64,000 nucleotides of DNA, taken from the NCBI GenBank assembly GCA_002269645.1, contig NIVC01002751.1, forward strand, positions 79,361 to 143,360, written 5' to 3'. The position numbers and the translations under genes are program-made. The notes under the pieces were generated by a model, which saw only the letters and a list, made by a program, of their open reading frames with translations, did no database searches and had not been told where the DNA came from. Below, piece by piece: positions 32,642 through 45,818 of this stretch. Position 1 is the first letter of the stretch, and the number at the start of each line of letters is the position of its first letter. This stretch comes from Macrostomum lignano. Lineage: Eukaryota.

Positions 32642-34202
32642 TCATCGCCAATGACAGCAAAGGTCAAGCCAAGCGGTCGCGCAAACGCCAACATGCCGAC
32701 GCGTCAGGCGGGACATCAGAGTCAGCAGCATGTCGAACGTACTGGAACTGCTACGCGACAGTTCGTGCCAGGTAGCACCGGCCGTGATAAGCGTCAGCTG
32801 CAGAATTAATTCACACAGAAGCAAGATTGCGCACGTTAACACTAAGGCGCAGCCGCTGACGGCAAACGAATGAAGACCGTCGTAATAAAGAAATCTGCAG
32901 TCTGCCGGCAGCAGGAACCTGCGGATTAGCGTTTCGAGTTAATCGGCTTTGAGTCGATAACCAGATAATAATTATCTACGAACTCAAGCGGCCTGATTGG
33001 AATAAAAATCTATCAACAAAACTACCAGAGATCGAAATAAATTGAGACTTCCAAAATAATACATAAAGAGATTATCACAGTGAAGGGACTGAGCGGCTAA
33101 TGAAGGATTAATTAGGGATCTTGGGCGGGATTATTCAAGTAACTAGTTTGGGATTATCTAGGGATTATACAAGGAATTTCTAGGGATAATCCAAGGGGTT
33201 ATCTAGAGATCATTCAAGGGACTAGTTAGGGATTATCTAGGGATTATCCAATGGATTATCTAGGGATTCTCCAATGGATTATCTAGGGATTATCCAATGT
33301 ATTATCTAGGGATTATCCAATGTATTATCTAGGGATTATCCAATGGATTATCTAGGGATTATCCAGGGATTATCCACCGAAAAGGATTATTCAAGGGACT
33401 AGTAAGTTACGAGCTATTATTTAAGACTAGTAGATGGAAGTTCAAAGGAATTATATGGGTGTCATTCATAGAATTAAGAGATTATTTAACTAAACTTAAA
33501 TAACCTACCAGTCCATGTAAATGGCAGGCGTGCATATAGACGTAGTTGTTAATAGAATGCCATAGCAACCAGTTGCTATGCAGAGAATCAACGTGATCAA
33601 ATATGATCGACGATTAGGCCTGCCAATACAGCAGTCCAGCCACCAACAGTGGTGATCCAAATGCTGAATAGACCGCTCGCATATTGAGCACACGTCGGCT
33701 CCTCCACCTTCGCTGCCGCCGCCAGTGTCGCCGTGACCAGATTCAACAGAATCGTCTATAGATCCTAGCAACGAAGCGGTACGAGTTTGCCTAATTGATA
33801 AGCAGGTAAGAATCCACAATAGATTTAAAGACATATGCTCCCATAGTAGGACAACTCGCAGAATAGCAGTTATGACAGCCACACAGAGATAGGCAAGAAG
33901 GACAGTGGCACAGGTGACGGCAAACAAGGCCGGGCATCTGGTCCGGCTGGCTCGCAGTCGCCTGATAGCAATGTAGAAACCAGCTGGAGCGGCCAGGCAG
34001 ATGGCCAGGCTAACCAGCGGGTGGGCGCTGCCAAGCAGCAGTGCGCAGCCAACGCCGCCAATAGACAGGATGCAGGCGCATCCAGTTGGCGACTGGCCGC
34101 CACCGCGGCGGTGCCAGTCAGACATCAACCTGACTCGGGTGGGCGCGACAGCGGGCTCTGTAAGTAGTGCATTGCGGTGTAGCTGGTGATTTATCCTTCT
34201 CT
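32642..34202 (-). CDS. ZDHHC23: DHHC palmitoyltransferase, ZDHHC23-like; exons 34202 (or 34157)-33509 and 32918-32642; 5' exon(s) not located
   Basis: CSICERSIQHLDHHCWWLDCCIGRPNRRSYLITL; two TM helices before and two after. Phase-2 donor TG|GTAGGT (33509) joins acceptor CTAATCCGCAG| (32918), giving TM4 and LILQLTLITAGATWHE. Subfamily call from memory (YGILLTTTSIC resembles ZDHHC23). Confidence 0.85.
33110..33400. repeat. Degenerate 23-bp repeat in the ZDHHC intron
   Basis: Core units GGATTATCCAATGGATTATCTAG at about 33241-33370, degenerate flanks. Confidence 0.85.
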
Positions 34203-34259
34203 CTGACAAATGTTTGTGCACAAGACCCAAATTAAGTTTATAGCATCCTATGCGATAAA

Positions 34260-34470
34260 GGAGGCTGTAGTCTAGTGGTTAGAGCGTCGGACTCACGACA
34301 GATAGGTTGGGGGTTCGATTCCTGATCCCACTCGGAACAATTTATGTTTTTGATCAGGACACTCCAGCCACTCAGCCTTCAGGTGTGCTACACAAAAGCT
34401 GCAGCTGAGCTGTTGGTTGCATATCTGGCCCAATTGGGGCAAGTGTAATCAATTAATTATAATCATTATA
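34260..34470 (+). mobile_element. tRNA-derived SINE
   Basis: Pol III A box TAGTCTAGTGG (34268) and B box GGTTCGATTCC (34312), tRNA-like spacing but poor stems; unrelated body and AT-rich tail. Confidence 0.65.
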
Positions 34471-35333
34471 TGTATTATGTACTACAAAAACTTCTTTCCA
34501 TCTCTGCTCACATTTGGACTTTGGAGTTTAAATCATGGAATTTTTTCTAACTAGGGTATAAAGCATTAAATTTATTGACAGTATATTATACATCAGTTAA
34601 TAGCAAAGGAGAAAGAGTAGGTGCAATAGGACCATGACTAAAAGAGTCTGTCTGCTAGCCTTTCAGACCGATTGATGCACATAAACATTGCATTACCACA
34701 ATGCACATGCACAATTGTTTTATATATGCTTCCATAGCCACTATCAACTTAAAGTGTAGGTTCTTTAGAGTTTTATCAGAAAAACTCAAGATAGAAAAGC
34801 AATATGGCCCTTCACAATGCTAGATAATATTAATTGCTGCTGAAAGGTCCAAGTCCTCATCTTTTGAGTTCCTATATCAGAATGCTACTATGCCATAATT
34901 AAAGACATAATCATAAGACCTGAATAGGCCTAGTAAGCCTTAACCAACATGCACTTTTGAAATTAGCCAAACTAGCTAATAAGCTTTGCTAGATACACGT
35001 AAAAGATATGCAATGTGCATAGCTAATTTGCAATAGCTCCTTTTCTCTATTTTTTCTATTTACAAGTTTGTTTAAATTCTAACTTCAACCTAAATCCTAA
35101 TTTGGATCTTAGTCTAAAAACAAATTGATAAATTAGGTTTATCTTTCTTATCATTTTTAGAATTATTGCTTTAAAGCTTCACTTGATTGTGAATTTTATC
35201 AAAATTTAATATATGTACAAACAAATATATTTGCCATATTGTTAAAAAACTATTCAAACTATTCATAGGCCTACAATTTTTATAAAGTATTCTAGCATAT
35301 ATATTATGATCTTGACTATAGCAAAGCCAAGGA

Positions 35334-38300
35334 CAGTGGCGGATCCAGGGGGAAGGCAGGGGGGGGGCAACTGCCCCCCCCACTTTTGCCACGGCTGGAC
35401 TTGTACAAAATGGAGGTATTTTAATTTTGGGCTTAATTTGGACCAACACAAAAAAATTCACTTCTATTCTACAATATTTTCATTGCTTCTATTGCTGTCT
35501 GTCTGTCTGTAGCAAGTCTGCTTTTTCTTGGAATGTAATAGAATTTCATCGAAAGTAGAAGTGCTTTCCAACTAGAACAGAAATTCATGAGCAGCAGTTA
35601 GTCTTAGTCAGTGCAGAAATTAGCTATTGAGGATTGTACAAGTGTTACAGTGTACATTCAGTGCAGACATCTATTATAAGGAAGGCCCAGCCTTGGGATA
35701 AGACAGGGGCACTGGGGCAGGGTTGGTCAATAAAATAAAGCAGAGTGGCTTAGTGGCTCAGTCCCTCAGTGTGAAAAAATGCTTTTGTCCTCCCTTATTT
35801 GGGGTTTAGAATTCAATCTTTCTGAGCAATGTACATTTTGGAAACTAAGTGACTGAACTAGAAGTAAGAAGTAAGAAGTTAGGGGGGGGGGAGAATGGGG
35901 TGGGGACTCCTCTGGGCACAGAAGCCCAAAAAGTTAATTCGGCTTTGGCCTTGGGCATACGAGTAAGCATAAATAAAAGCAAGGGTACATAGGACTTTAA
36001 ATGAACAAGAGACAAGATTGTGACAAGGAATTGATATAGATTGAAAGATCAATACAAAATCACAAAGAATGAGGTGAGCATCTTTACCATTACAGCATGA
36101 TGCAAAGAGACAGAAATTGCTGACGCATTTTTTGCTACCCCATCTGGTCCTGCTGCTGCTGCTGCTGCTGCTATTTCTGCCACAGCCAAGATACCAATTT
36201 CTTCCTCTGCAGCTACTTATACTGAGGTACATGTACCCACGAATTTTTCTAACTCTGCTTTGGAACTGCAATTTGCTGATACTTCTAATTCAGACCAAGC
36301 TGAAGCCAGCCCCTCTGAAAGCAATGATGAAAGCAGATGAGGTACAAGTGAGCAAGTTGTCTGACTTTGACATAGGTCTACTTGACTTTGCTGCTGCTGT
36401 TGACAGTGCCACTAAGTTAGCTTTGTTGACGCAAACATGGGAGCCCCCTAATTCTTACCTAATGCCATTTGAAGAGCGAAAAACAAAGGGAAAAATCGAA
36501 AAGAGATTCTTAAGGCACAGTCATCTAACTGAAAAACCGGTTAGCATATTCACATGTGAAGAGTGGCTTGTTCTGCAAAGTTTGTATGCTATTTGGTACT
36601 CAGCAAGGACAACAAGGTCAACAATTGGGAAGACATTGCAAAAGTACGCAAGACTCTTAGGAGCCAATGGCTATCTCTGTGCTCATGAGCATACAAACTA
36701 CCATAAAGACAATATACTAAGAGCACAAGAGTTCAAGCGAATGATGCCAGAGCAACATATTGATAGTCAATTGGCTACACAGAGGCAGGAGCAGATTGCA
36801 AAGAACAGGCATATCCTCAGCTCCATTGTGCGTGCCATCCTAGTCTATGCAAGGAGTGGAACTGCTCTTAGGGGACACCAAGATGATCATAGTGTGCTAA
36901 AGACTGCTGACCAACCAGGCTAGAATGATAGTCTCTTTTGAGAGATCCTGCAAGCGATGGTAGACACAGAAGACAAGAGGCTAGAGGAGCATCTGCACTC
37001 TGGACTGAGTAACGCAAAATATACTAGCAAGACAATTCAGAATGAGCTGATTGAGTGCATTGGAGAAGTAATTCTGGACTGCCTGAAGGAGCGGATAAAC
37101 AGTGCACAGTTTGTGTCCATCCTGGCTGTGGCTGATGAAACAACAGGTCAGGCCACAAAGGAGCAATTGAAAATATATATTTGCTGTGTTTGAAACAACA
37201 AGACATTTGCTGATACCAATGACACAAGCTCTTAAAGAAATTTGTGAACATTCCAACCTAGAAGCATCTAGGAATGCAAAAGCTCTGCTTAATTCAATGG
37301 ACATAGAGTTTTTGGTATCAGTTGTGGCTCTGGATGCAACATTGACTCTCACCAAGGGATTGGCAGAAGCACTCCAGAAGAGCGCAATTGATTTGCTCAG
37401 TGCCAGGACTCTAATTGCGCATGTGCAAGAGCAATTGCAGAAGTGGCAAGAAGAGTCTACAGAGAAGTTTGGTGAGCTCTGGGAGAAGATTCTTGAGACT
37501 GCAGAGGCAATTGAAATCGATGTCACTCCTAGGCAGGTTGCATGTCAGAAGAATCGTGCCAATCTTCCTACTACTGATATGAAAGACTACTGGTATTTGG
37601 TCAACTTTGTTCCCTTCTTGGATGGACTACTGGTCAATCTGCAAGACCAATTTTCCCGCCTTTCTGACATTGCTGCTGGACTCAGTGCCCTTATCCCAGC
37701 AACAGCCAAAAAGCATGTAAGTCCATTCATTCAGCTCAAGCCATCAGTACAGCACTTTGCTTTAGTTCTACCAAGCCAGGAGGAAGAGGAGGTTGAAGCA
37801 GAATTTAACCAGTGGATGCAACTTTGGCAAAGGGAGGACCCACAGAAATGGCCCACAACTTTGACTAAGACCATCTTGGAGTGCGACCATAACCTGTTTC
37901 CCAATGTCAGCACCCTCTTGAAAATTTACACAATGTTGCCTGTCTACACTGCCACTGGAGAAAAATCTTTCTCTTTGCTGAAATTCTTAAAGAATTACTT
38001 GCGCAGCACAATGAGAGAAGAGCAGTTGAATGGACTCGCATTGGCCTTCATCCATAGGAACATGATTTGTGATACCACAGGCACAATATATCTGCTACTG
38101 TTGAGAAGTTTCTGTCAAAGGTGTCAATTGCTGGGCCTGCTTTAACTACTAATTGCTTTAGCGCAGTGACTTTGAAACTCACATAGTTTCCAATCATTTT
38201 ATATGAATATTCATTCAAATTTAATATATGTAAATTTAAAAGTTATAGTTGAAAATTGCATATTACATATGAGCTATATATATATACTCAGCAACATTGA

Positions 38301-39094
38301 AAAGTCGCCACTATGCGCAAGTGAGCAATTTCCCTTGGACTATTCTGAAAGAGAAAGTGGATTGGGGAAGCTTTAAATTCATCTGTCCAACCCTCACACA
38401 CTGCTCCCCCCACTTCATTCCTCTCAACTCAAGTCTGCCCCGGCGTAGCTACGAGCTAAGTTGCATCATTTGCAAAGGTTTAAAGACTTTACCTTCATTC
38501 AAAAGTGGCAATCATAGACAGAATCTTCTACATGTATGATGGCAACTTTTCGATGTTGCTGATTGTCTTTTAGATGGACACTAGATGTTATAACTCATAT
38601 GTATAATGTATTGTTTTTCTGTTGCTTCAGTTCCTGTTCCAGTTTGCTTAGATCCCTGCATGTATGCATCATACTTGTACAAACAAGTAGTTATAATAAT
38701 GCATTAAAATTTAAATGCTGCTTTTGACACGACAAACTGCTAATGCCCATTTGCAATGCCAATTGTGTTGTCTCATTATATTTGAATATGATTGAATTAA
38801 CAATAACAATAAGTGTCAGCAGGGAAAGCATGCAATAAGTGACTTAAAATCCACTCCTCTACTAAAAAGCTGCTTATTAACTATCTCATTTTTAATGCTC
38901 TTCTGCACTGCATGTAACGATTAAAATATAAATGAAATTTAGTGATTCAACCAAAATTAAACTTTTGCAATCAATTGAAATAGCTAAAAATCTTTTTTGT
39001 ATATGAACGAAATATTAATTTTTTCTAGTTTTGGTTTCGGTTTCAGTATCCAAAATTTGCCCCCCCTACTTTAAAAATCCTGGATCCACCATTA
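35334..39094 (+). mobile_element. Defective hAT DNA transposon (3761 bp)
   Basis: TIRs CAGTGGCGGATCCAGG (35334-35349) / CCTGGATCCACCATTA (39079-39094), 13/16 match; 8-bp TSD GCCAAGGA / GCCAGGGA; encloses transposase remnants. Confidence 0.9.
36100..38060 (+). pseudogene. hAT transposase remnant (TTF-type zinc finger, DUF4371-like, hAT C-terminal dimerization; THAP12/PRKRIR-like)
   Basis: YSHVKSGLFCKVCMLF in a shifted frame near 36550; LRGHQD, KYTSKTIQNELIECIG, ADETT..KEQL; FPNVSTLLKIYTMLPV.TATGEKSFSLLKFLKNYLRSTM.EEQLNGLALAFIH. Stop at 36923, frameshifts, and apparent core deletion near 37195. Confidence 0.9.
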
Positions 39095-39474
39095 GCCAGG
39101 GATTATTAGCATAGATTATAGACTAGATCATATAATATAATATCTAAACCTAACCTAATCTAGTCAACCTAGCTAAGCAACAAAGTAAGCCTAGTCAGCT
39201 AGAGGCCTAAGCAATAAAAAATGATAAAATATAGAGCAAAAAGCTGCTATACGTCAAAAAGGCAATAGTAAAAAAGACAATAGTCAAAAGGGCAATAGTC
39301 AATAGGCCTACATGTTTGAATTATAAGTTTATAATATATTATACTTATATTTGTTACTAGGCCTATACCACAACTTAGGGTTATAGTGGCTGTGTCCACA
39401 AGTAAAATGCAAAAAAATTTGGCAATCCCTTATTGCCAAAATTTAAAGCAATGGGTAGACCTTGTAAATGCTTA

Positions 39475-40276
39475 GCAGGCGTAAATTTACTTTTGTTTGC
39501 AAATTTTTTTCTCTTAAAATGATGCCAATGACGCAGAATGACAAATGGGAGTTGTCTATGGCCTATACTAGCCACATAGAGTTGTTTGGGGCACAAAAAT
39601 TTGGCTGAGTTTAATTGAGCCCTCACTATAGTTTGGACTTTAGAGACTTCAAGACTCTTCTGATTTGCAAAGAGCTGGATAGCCCCCAAGACCATTGTGG
39701 ATTGTGCTACCAAATGAAGTTCTGCCGGCACAAGCACTGATGGAACTAAATATGAATTTAAGGGATCTGATAGAAGTGACAGCTACTACTGACGAGACTG
39801 TGGTGGCTTGCTCGTCATAGACTATTGGCCAACCAATGGACCTGCCTATGTGCCGCGCATACACCAATGAATCTGCAGCAGCCGCACCACACCAAAATTC
39901 CAGGCCATGCATGGCACTAGTGATGCCTTTTTTGAATCGCCTATCTAAGAGTATCTATGGCGATGCCTTTACCCGAGGCTTACCAAGGCTTTTGGCAGCA
40001 TTCTGTACTGGATTTGTCATTATTACCCAGTTTAGAAATCTAAGACAGTCAGGACTACATTGAACTAAACTAAGCAATGTTTGGTGCCATTAAAAATGGT
40101 TCCCACCAGTTGTATTACCAGTTGATGTTATGAGCTCAATAAAACAGCTGAATTTTTGTGCCCCAAACAACTTTACGCAGCTAGTATAGGCCATAGACAA
40201 CTCCTATTTGTCATTCTGCATCAATGGCATCATTTTAAAAGAAAAAAATTCACAAACAAAAGTAAATTTACACTGC
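39475..40276. mobile_element. Non-autonomous long-TIR element, possibly PIF/Harbinger-type
   Basis: ~145-bp imperfect inverted arms (39475-39620 vs 40134-40276), flanked by TTA on both sides (39472-39474, 40277-40279); TWA TSD is typical of PIF/Harbinger. Confidence 0.75.
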
Positions 40277-41929
40277 TTAACATTATAGACATGACAGATA
40301 TGCCTATTTTAAGCTTTAGTGTTATAAACATAGTGCCATATCTATATATACTATATTGTTAACATTATATTTGTTCAAATGTACAAGTAGTTAAAATGTA
40401 CCAGGCCTAAGATAGCTTGCATTGTTAGGCCTAAAATGTACAAGTTATTTATTTTAAAGAAATCAATAGGCCCATATAGCTTGCTTTTATTAATTTTTTA
40501 CTATTTTTAGCTATATACAAACTAAAATAATAGATGTCTAGATGATTGAAACACAAATATAAATGTTCTGCCTTTGTACTCCTGTCAATTTTCCATAATC
40601 TATATCAAAATATTATATATCATAGAAATTATAACTGTTTAATTGTCTAACAAATAATATACTATGACTATCACTTTTTTTATTGCTTCCCTTTTGATCT
40701 GTCACCCTTTTGATTGGTTCCCTAAAAATAAGACAAATGGTAATTGCAAGCCAAATTTGATCCAATAAGTTTAATAGAGTATAGGCCTAGATCTATTTAT
40801 GCTTTTGAGCATAGGCTTATTGTCATTGAAATGATGTTTATATTTGTATTAAATTAAAAGCATCATTGATTTTTATTTTTTATTAAATTAACCAATTACT
40901 AGATTTAGTAGGGCTAGGCATAGAGGGGCCTATAGGCCTATATTAAAAAGTACAAAAGTAGGCAAAGTGCAAATGTACATATGTATATGTTCAAATTCTA
41001 TAAGCATAATAATATTATTCATAGGCCTAATCTTGTCAATTCAATTTCTTTTATTAGATTATTGTGGCAGATAGGCATTCCTTATTTTGCTAGGCCTATA
41101 ATTAACGGTGCCTAAAAATTGTAGCTCGTAGTCGTAGTTGGGTAGTCTTGCTTTGACAAGAAAAAATATAAGTTTTATATTCGTATTCATTTCATTGTAG
41201 CAAATTTCACACGACTCAGATTACTCTTGTTGGATGCTAGTCAAAAAGTTTCAGTTTCAATTTGACAATTTTGTATGTTAAGATCAATTAAGAATTATTT
41301 CAGTCATTTTAGTTTGTCAATTGTCAATATTGACAATAATTCATTCATTATTCAGTCTTTGTTCAGTTTTTGGTCGAAAAGAGTAGAAATGACATTTTGA
41401 ATTTTTTCATGAATAAAACAACTTTTACTTATCATTATAGGTTTAAGAGATACTCTAGATTTTTCGGTCAAAAAAAACTTTTAAATGATTTTAGTTAAAA
41501 TTTAAATTTTTCGTTGAGCTGAATAGCAAAGAAACGAACATTTGAATTATCCAAATAGATCCGGTTATAGATCGTACGAGCGTATATGTCAATTGCAATC
41601 ATTTACAAACTGTTCATTCGTTTAAAGTACTAACGTTTAGACAAAAGGCTTTTAGAATTTAGACTCAACTTTTATTTTATCAAAAAATACATTGGAGTAA
41701 TGAAGGGACCTACTGTACAAATTTTTGGTACCACAAGGCTTTTGCGTAGCTCTACTACCCTGCAGTCTCAGTATGATATAGAAATAAATCAAACTATAAG
41801 GAGGCATTTTGTGCACGCAAAGAGCAATTAATAATATAATTTGCTCATCTGCTAGGCGGCGAGTCCACGCGCTCTGAGTCTAAAATCTGAATCAGCCAAG
41901 TTCATTGAATCATCAATGACTAGCTAATT

Positions 41930-42295
41930 TGCATCTTCGAGATCAATGATCATCAGGAAACGGATGGAGAAACTCCGGCCTGTGTAGCTCGTACGCGCCC
42001 TGAAAAATCGCAGCAGCTCTTTGCGCATGTACATGTACATGCATGTTTTGAAGGGTGATTTATTAATTTAATAAGCAGCCGATGGGCTCTGAATTTTGGT
42101 CATCATCTCCTCGGACGGTTTGGCTCAGCTCAACAGCGTCTTACATGTACATGTATGAGCGAGCAGGATTCAGCTGGGAGCGTCTTCGCCATGCAGGGAA
42201 CAGCGGCTTGCCGAGCAGCAGCTCGCCGATGACGCAGCCGGCGGCCAACATGTTCATCAAGGACCACTGCACTACGTCCTGTACTACGTCCTACG
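41930..42295 (-). pseudogene. Decayed CMGC/MAPK (p38-like) kinase fragment, subdomains VIII-X
   Basis: Minus strand reads NMLAAGCVIGELLLGKPLFP (cf. DxWxxGCxxxELxxGxxLFPG), then PSEEMMTKIQSP and MRKELLRFFRA, with stops and frameshifts. Confidence 0.6.
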
Positions 42296-43582
42296 TACTA
42301 CGTCCTGTAGTATAGTATAACGGGACGTACGTGTAAAACTCAGAAATCGCGTAACTTTTTGGAGGCCGATTTCCTGGAAAAAGACATTGCGGAGATAGGA
42401 ATGTGTCCTTGATGTCTGGCCGTAGTGCTCCCAGTTCAACAGCGCCTCCTGGCAAAGGTACGACACTGGACTGCTAACCACGTAACCATGCAGTTAATTG
42501 TTCTTTCAATCCCCACTGCAAGAGTGCAGGTATCGAATAGCCAGTACTGAGTGCAATTTTAAGGTTGGCGTCTATCCATGGTGCGACTATAGATAGACCT
42601 CTTTGAGATCTATCTGGCCGTGGCCCAGCTGAGGTGAATACACGTCAAATTAGGCAGATTATATTGGGTATAATTTATAAAGACCAGCGATTGAAGTCCT
42701 TGCTGAAATTCCCGTAATTTATAATACGAGTCCACTCTCGCACATTTCCTCGGCCATTGCCACATCTGAGTTCGAAAAATGCATCAGGGTCCATTACGCC
42801 CAAAATGAAATTGGAAAGCAAAGGCAAGCTCGCACTCTCGCTTGCAGAAACCAACCTGAAGTTACAGTGGTAAAATGTCTCATCTTATGGAACTCGAAGA
42901 GCTTATGAAGTCATTATGAAGTATTTGATCCAGATTGGTTTACCAACTATTTAAGAGCGGCAATCAAGCAAAATTCGAGTTCCTGTCTAGAGCGTTTCGG
43001 ACTTCTGGTCGATAGATATTTTCTCAGAGCTTAGTCAAGGCGACAGTCGACTAAATACATGTGCGGGCTATACATGTTCGGGCGTGCTAATGTATTTCTA
43101 GCTATTATTATGATTTCGTAGCCAGGACAACAAAACCCTATAGCAATTGCTGACTGTTATTAATACGGCCTAATGGCTTGGGAGCCCGGTATTCTGCTGA
43201 TTGTCTAGAACTAAGGAAAATATTGTCTCAATCAAGCCAGCAGATAAGCAGCTTCATTCTGAACTGCGATATCGTCCGGGCCGCATCAGAGCTCCAGAAA
43301 CTTCCACCCCGAAACTGATCCCGAAGCCCACACAACGCAGCGAGCGCTCTACAATAGCTTAGTCTGCCCAATCCTACAATTAGTTTAGGGCCTTGGAATA
43401 TCGCAGAATGTGCAGGCGGGCAGGATCAGCCCGTATAGGAAGATCTGTAAAAAATATCCGAGTTGAGTATGGCGTTAAGTCTCATGGGAAACCCAATTAG
43501 TAGTGCATTGATTCGGGTAAAGCCTTTTAGCTAAGGTTAAGGCTAGTGATTGGGGACAGTCAGTCAGACTGATTCTCTCTGG

Positions 43583-44615
43583 TTCTCTTCAGCCTGACTC
43601 TCGTCTCTCTGACTCTTGCCTCTCTGACTCTCGCCTCTCTGACTCTCGTCTCTCTGACTCTCGTCTTTCTATGATTCTCGTCTCTCTGACTCTCGTTTCT
43701 CTGACTCTCGTCTCTCTATGATTCTCGTCTCTCTGACTCTCGTCTCTCTGACTCTCGTCTCTCTGACTCTCGTCTCTCCATGGTTCTCGTCTCTCTGACT
43801 CTCGTCTCTCCATGATTCTCGTCTCTCTGACTCTCGTCTCTCTGACTCTCGTCTCTCTGACTCTCGTTTCTCTGACTCTCGTCTCTCTCTGACTCTCGTC
43901 TCTCTGACTCTCGTCTCTCTGACTCTCGCCTCTCTGACTCTCGTATCTCTGACTCTTGCCTCTCAGACTCTCGCCTCTCTGATTCTCGCCTCTCTGACTC
44001 TCGTCTCTCTGACTCTCGTCTCTCTATGATTCTCGTCTCTTTGACTCTCGTCTCTCTGACTCTCAACTCTCTGACTCTCGTCTCTCTGACTCTCGCCTCT
44101 CTGACTCTCGCCTCTCTGACTCTCGCCTCTCTATGATTCTCGTCTCTCTGACTCTCGTCTCTATATGATTCTCGTCTCTCTGACTCTCATCTCTCTGACT
44201 CTCGTCTCTCTATGATTCTCGTCTCTCTGACTCTCATCTCTCTGACTCTCGTCTCTCTATGATTCTCGTCTCTCTGACTCTCATCTCTCTGACTCTCGTG
44301 TCTATGATTCTCGTCTCTCTGACTCTCGTCTCTCTGACTCTCGCCTCTCTGACTCTCGTCTCTCTGACTCTCGCCTCTCTGACTCTCGCCTCTCTGACTC
44401 TCGCCTCTCTGACTCTCGCCTCTCTGACTCTCGCCTCTCTATGATTATCGTCTCTCTGACTCTCGTCTCTCTGACTCTGGTCTCTCTGACTCTCGTCTCT
44501 CTGACTCTGGTCTCTCTGACTCTCGTCTCCTTGACTCTCGTCTCTCTGACTCTCGACTCTCTGACTCTCGTCTCTGGCTCTCGTCCCCCCTCTCTCTATA
44601 TCTCTTCCCCTGACT
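43583..44615. repeat. 15-bp pyrimidine-rich minisatellite (~68 copies), followed by (GATT)n at about 44660-44715
   Basis: Unit CTGACTCTCGTCTCT with ATGATTCTCG variants. Confidence 0.97.
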
Positions 44616-45160
44616 CTCGTCTCTCCGCTTCTTGCCAACCAATGATTCATTGGTCGATCGATTGATTGATTGATTGATTGATTGACTGATTGATTGATTG
44701 ATTGATTGACTGATTCAATTTAATTAAATCCTCAGAACTACGCTCATAGTTAATTATTTTTCATATTTTAACAAGTGATCCATAGAACTTCGCTGACAGT
44801 TACGATTACGAATTGATTGACTGAAGCAGAGCCAACAGCAATGTGAAAAGCTGAGATAATACTTTTCAATGCACTTTTTATAGCCTTCACGCCCACGCAC
44901 GAAGCAGTGGCTGATTTTTTCCCAGAATTTCTGCCCCACTGTATCAATAAATCCACAAGCAAGCAAAAGGCGTGAATACAAGTTCCCACCCTTTTCGGCT
45001 GTGAGCTGAACAATGAAGCAATCAATTCAGGCGCTGGGGTGTTAAGGACAACAAAAAAGTTCTTAATCCAAGCATTTTTGATCAAATAAATTGAAAACTA
45101 AAGAAGAAATTGGAATAAAAAAGAAAAATGTACACACTAACCCTAACCGATGCCCACAGA

Positions 45161-45752
45161 GGGTTGTACCCTCCGGGTTGTACCCTCCGGGTTGTACCCT
45201 CCGGGTTGTACCCTCCGGGTTGTACCCTCCGGGTTGTACCCTCCGGGTTGTACCCTCCGGGTTGTACCCTCCGGGTTGTACCCTCCGGGTTGTACCCTCC
45301 GGGTTGTACCCTCCGGGTTGTACCCTCCGGGTTGTACCCTCCGGGTTGTACCCTCCGGGTTGTACCCTCCGGGTTGTACCCTCCGGGTTGTACCCTCCGG
45401 GTTGTACCCTCCGGGTTGTACCCTCCGGGTTGTACCCTCCGGGTTGTACCCTCCGGGTTGTACCCTCCGGGTTGTACCCTCCGGGTTGTACCCTCCGGGT
45501 TGTACCCTCCGGGTTGTACCCTCCGGGTTGTACCCTCCGGGTTGTACCCTCCGGGTTGTACCCTCCGGGTTGTACCCTCCGGGTTGTACCCTCCGGGTTG
45601 TACCCTCCGGGTTGTACCCTCCGGGTTGTACCCTCCGGGTTGTACCCTCCGGGTTGTACCCTCCGGGTTGTACCCTCCGGGTTGTACCCTCCGGGTTGTA
45701 CCCTCCGGGTTGTACCCTCCGGGTTGTACCCTCCAGGTTGTACCCTCCGGGT
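45161..45752. repeat. 14-bp near-perfect minisatellite, 42 copies
   Basis: Unit GGGTTGTACCCTCC; single variant unit near 45735. Confidence 0.99.
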
Positions 45753-45818
45753 CCTAAGCACCAACAATGAGTGCAATAACAAGCCTCTCATCAAGCGCTT
45801 CGCGTCAACGCATTCCGA

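Noticed and set aside
34260-34335. Genuine tRNA-Val(CAC) gene
   Set aside because: A and B boxes are present but acceptor and anticodon stems do not pair; better explained as a SINE head.
44768-45085. Hydrophobic minus-strand ORF as membrane protein
   Set aside because: No recognisable motif or splice context; compatible with composition bias.
45137-45148. Telomeric repeat CTAACCCTAACC
   Set aside because: Only two units; expected by chance.
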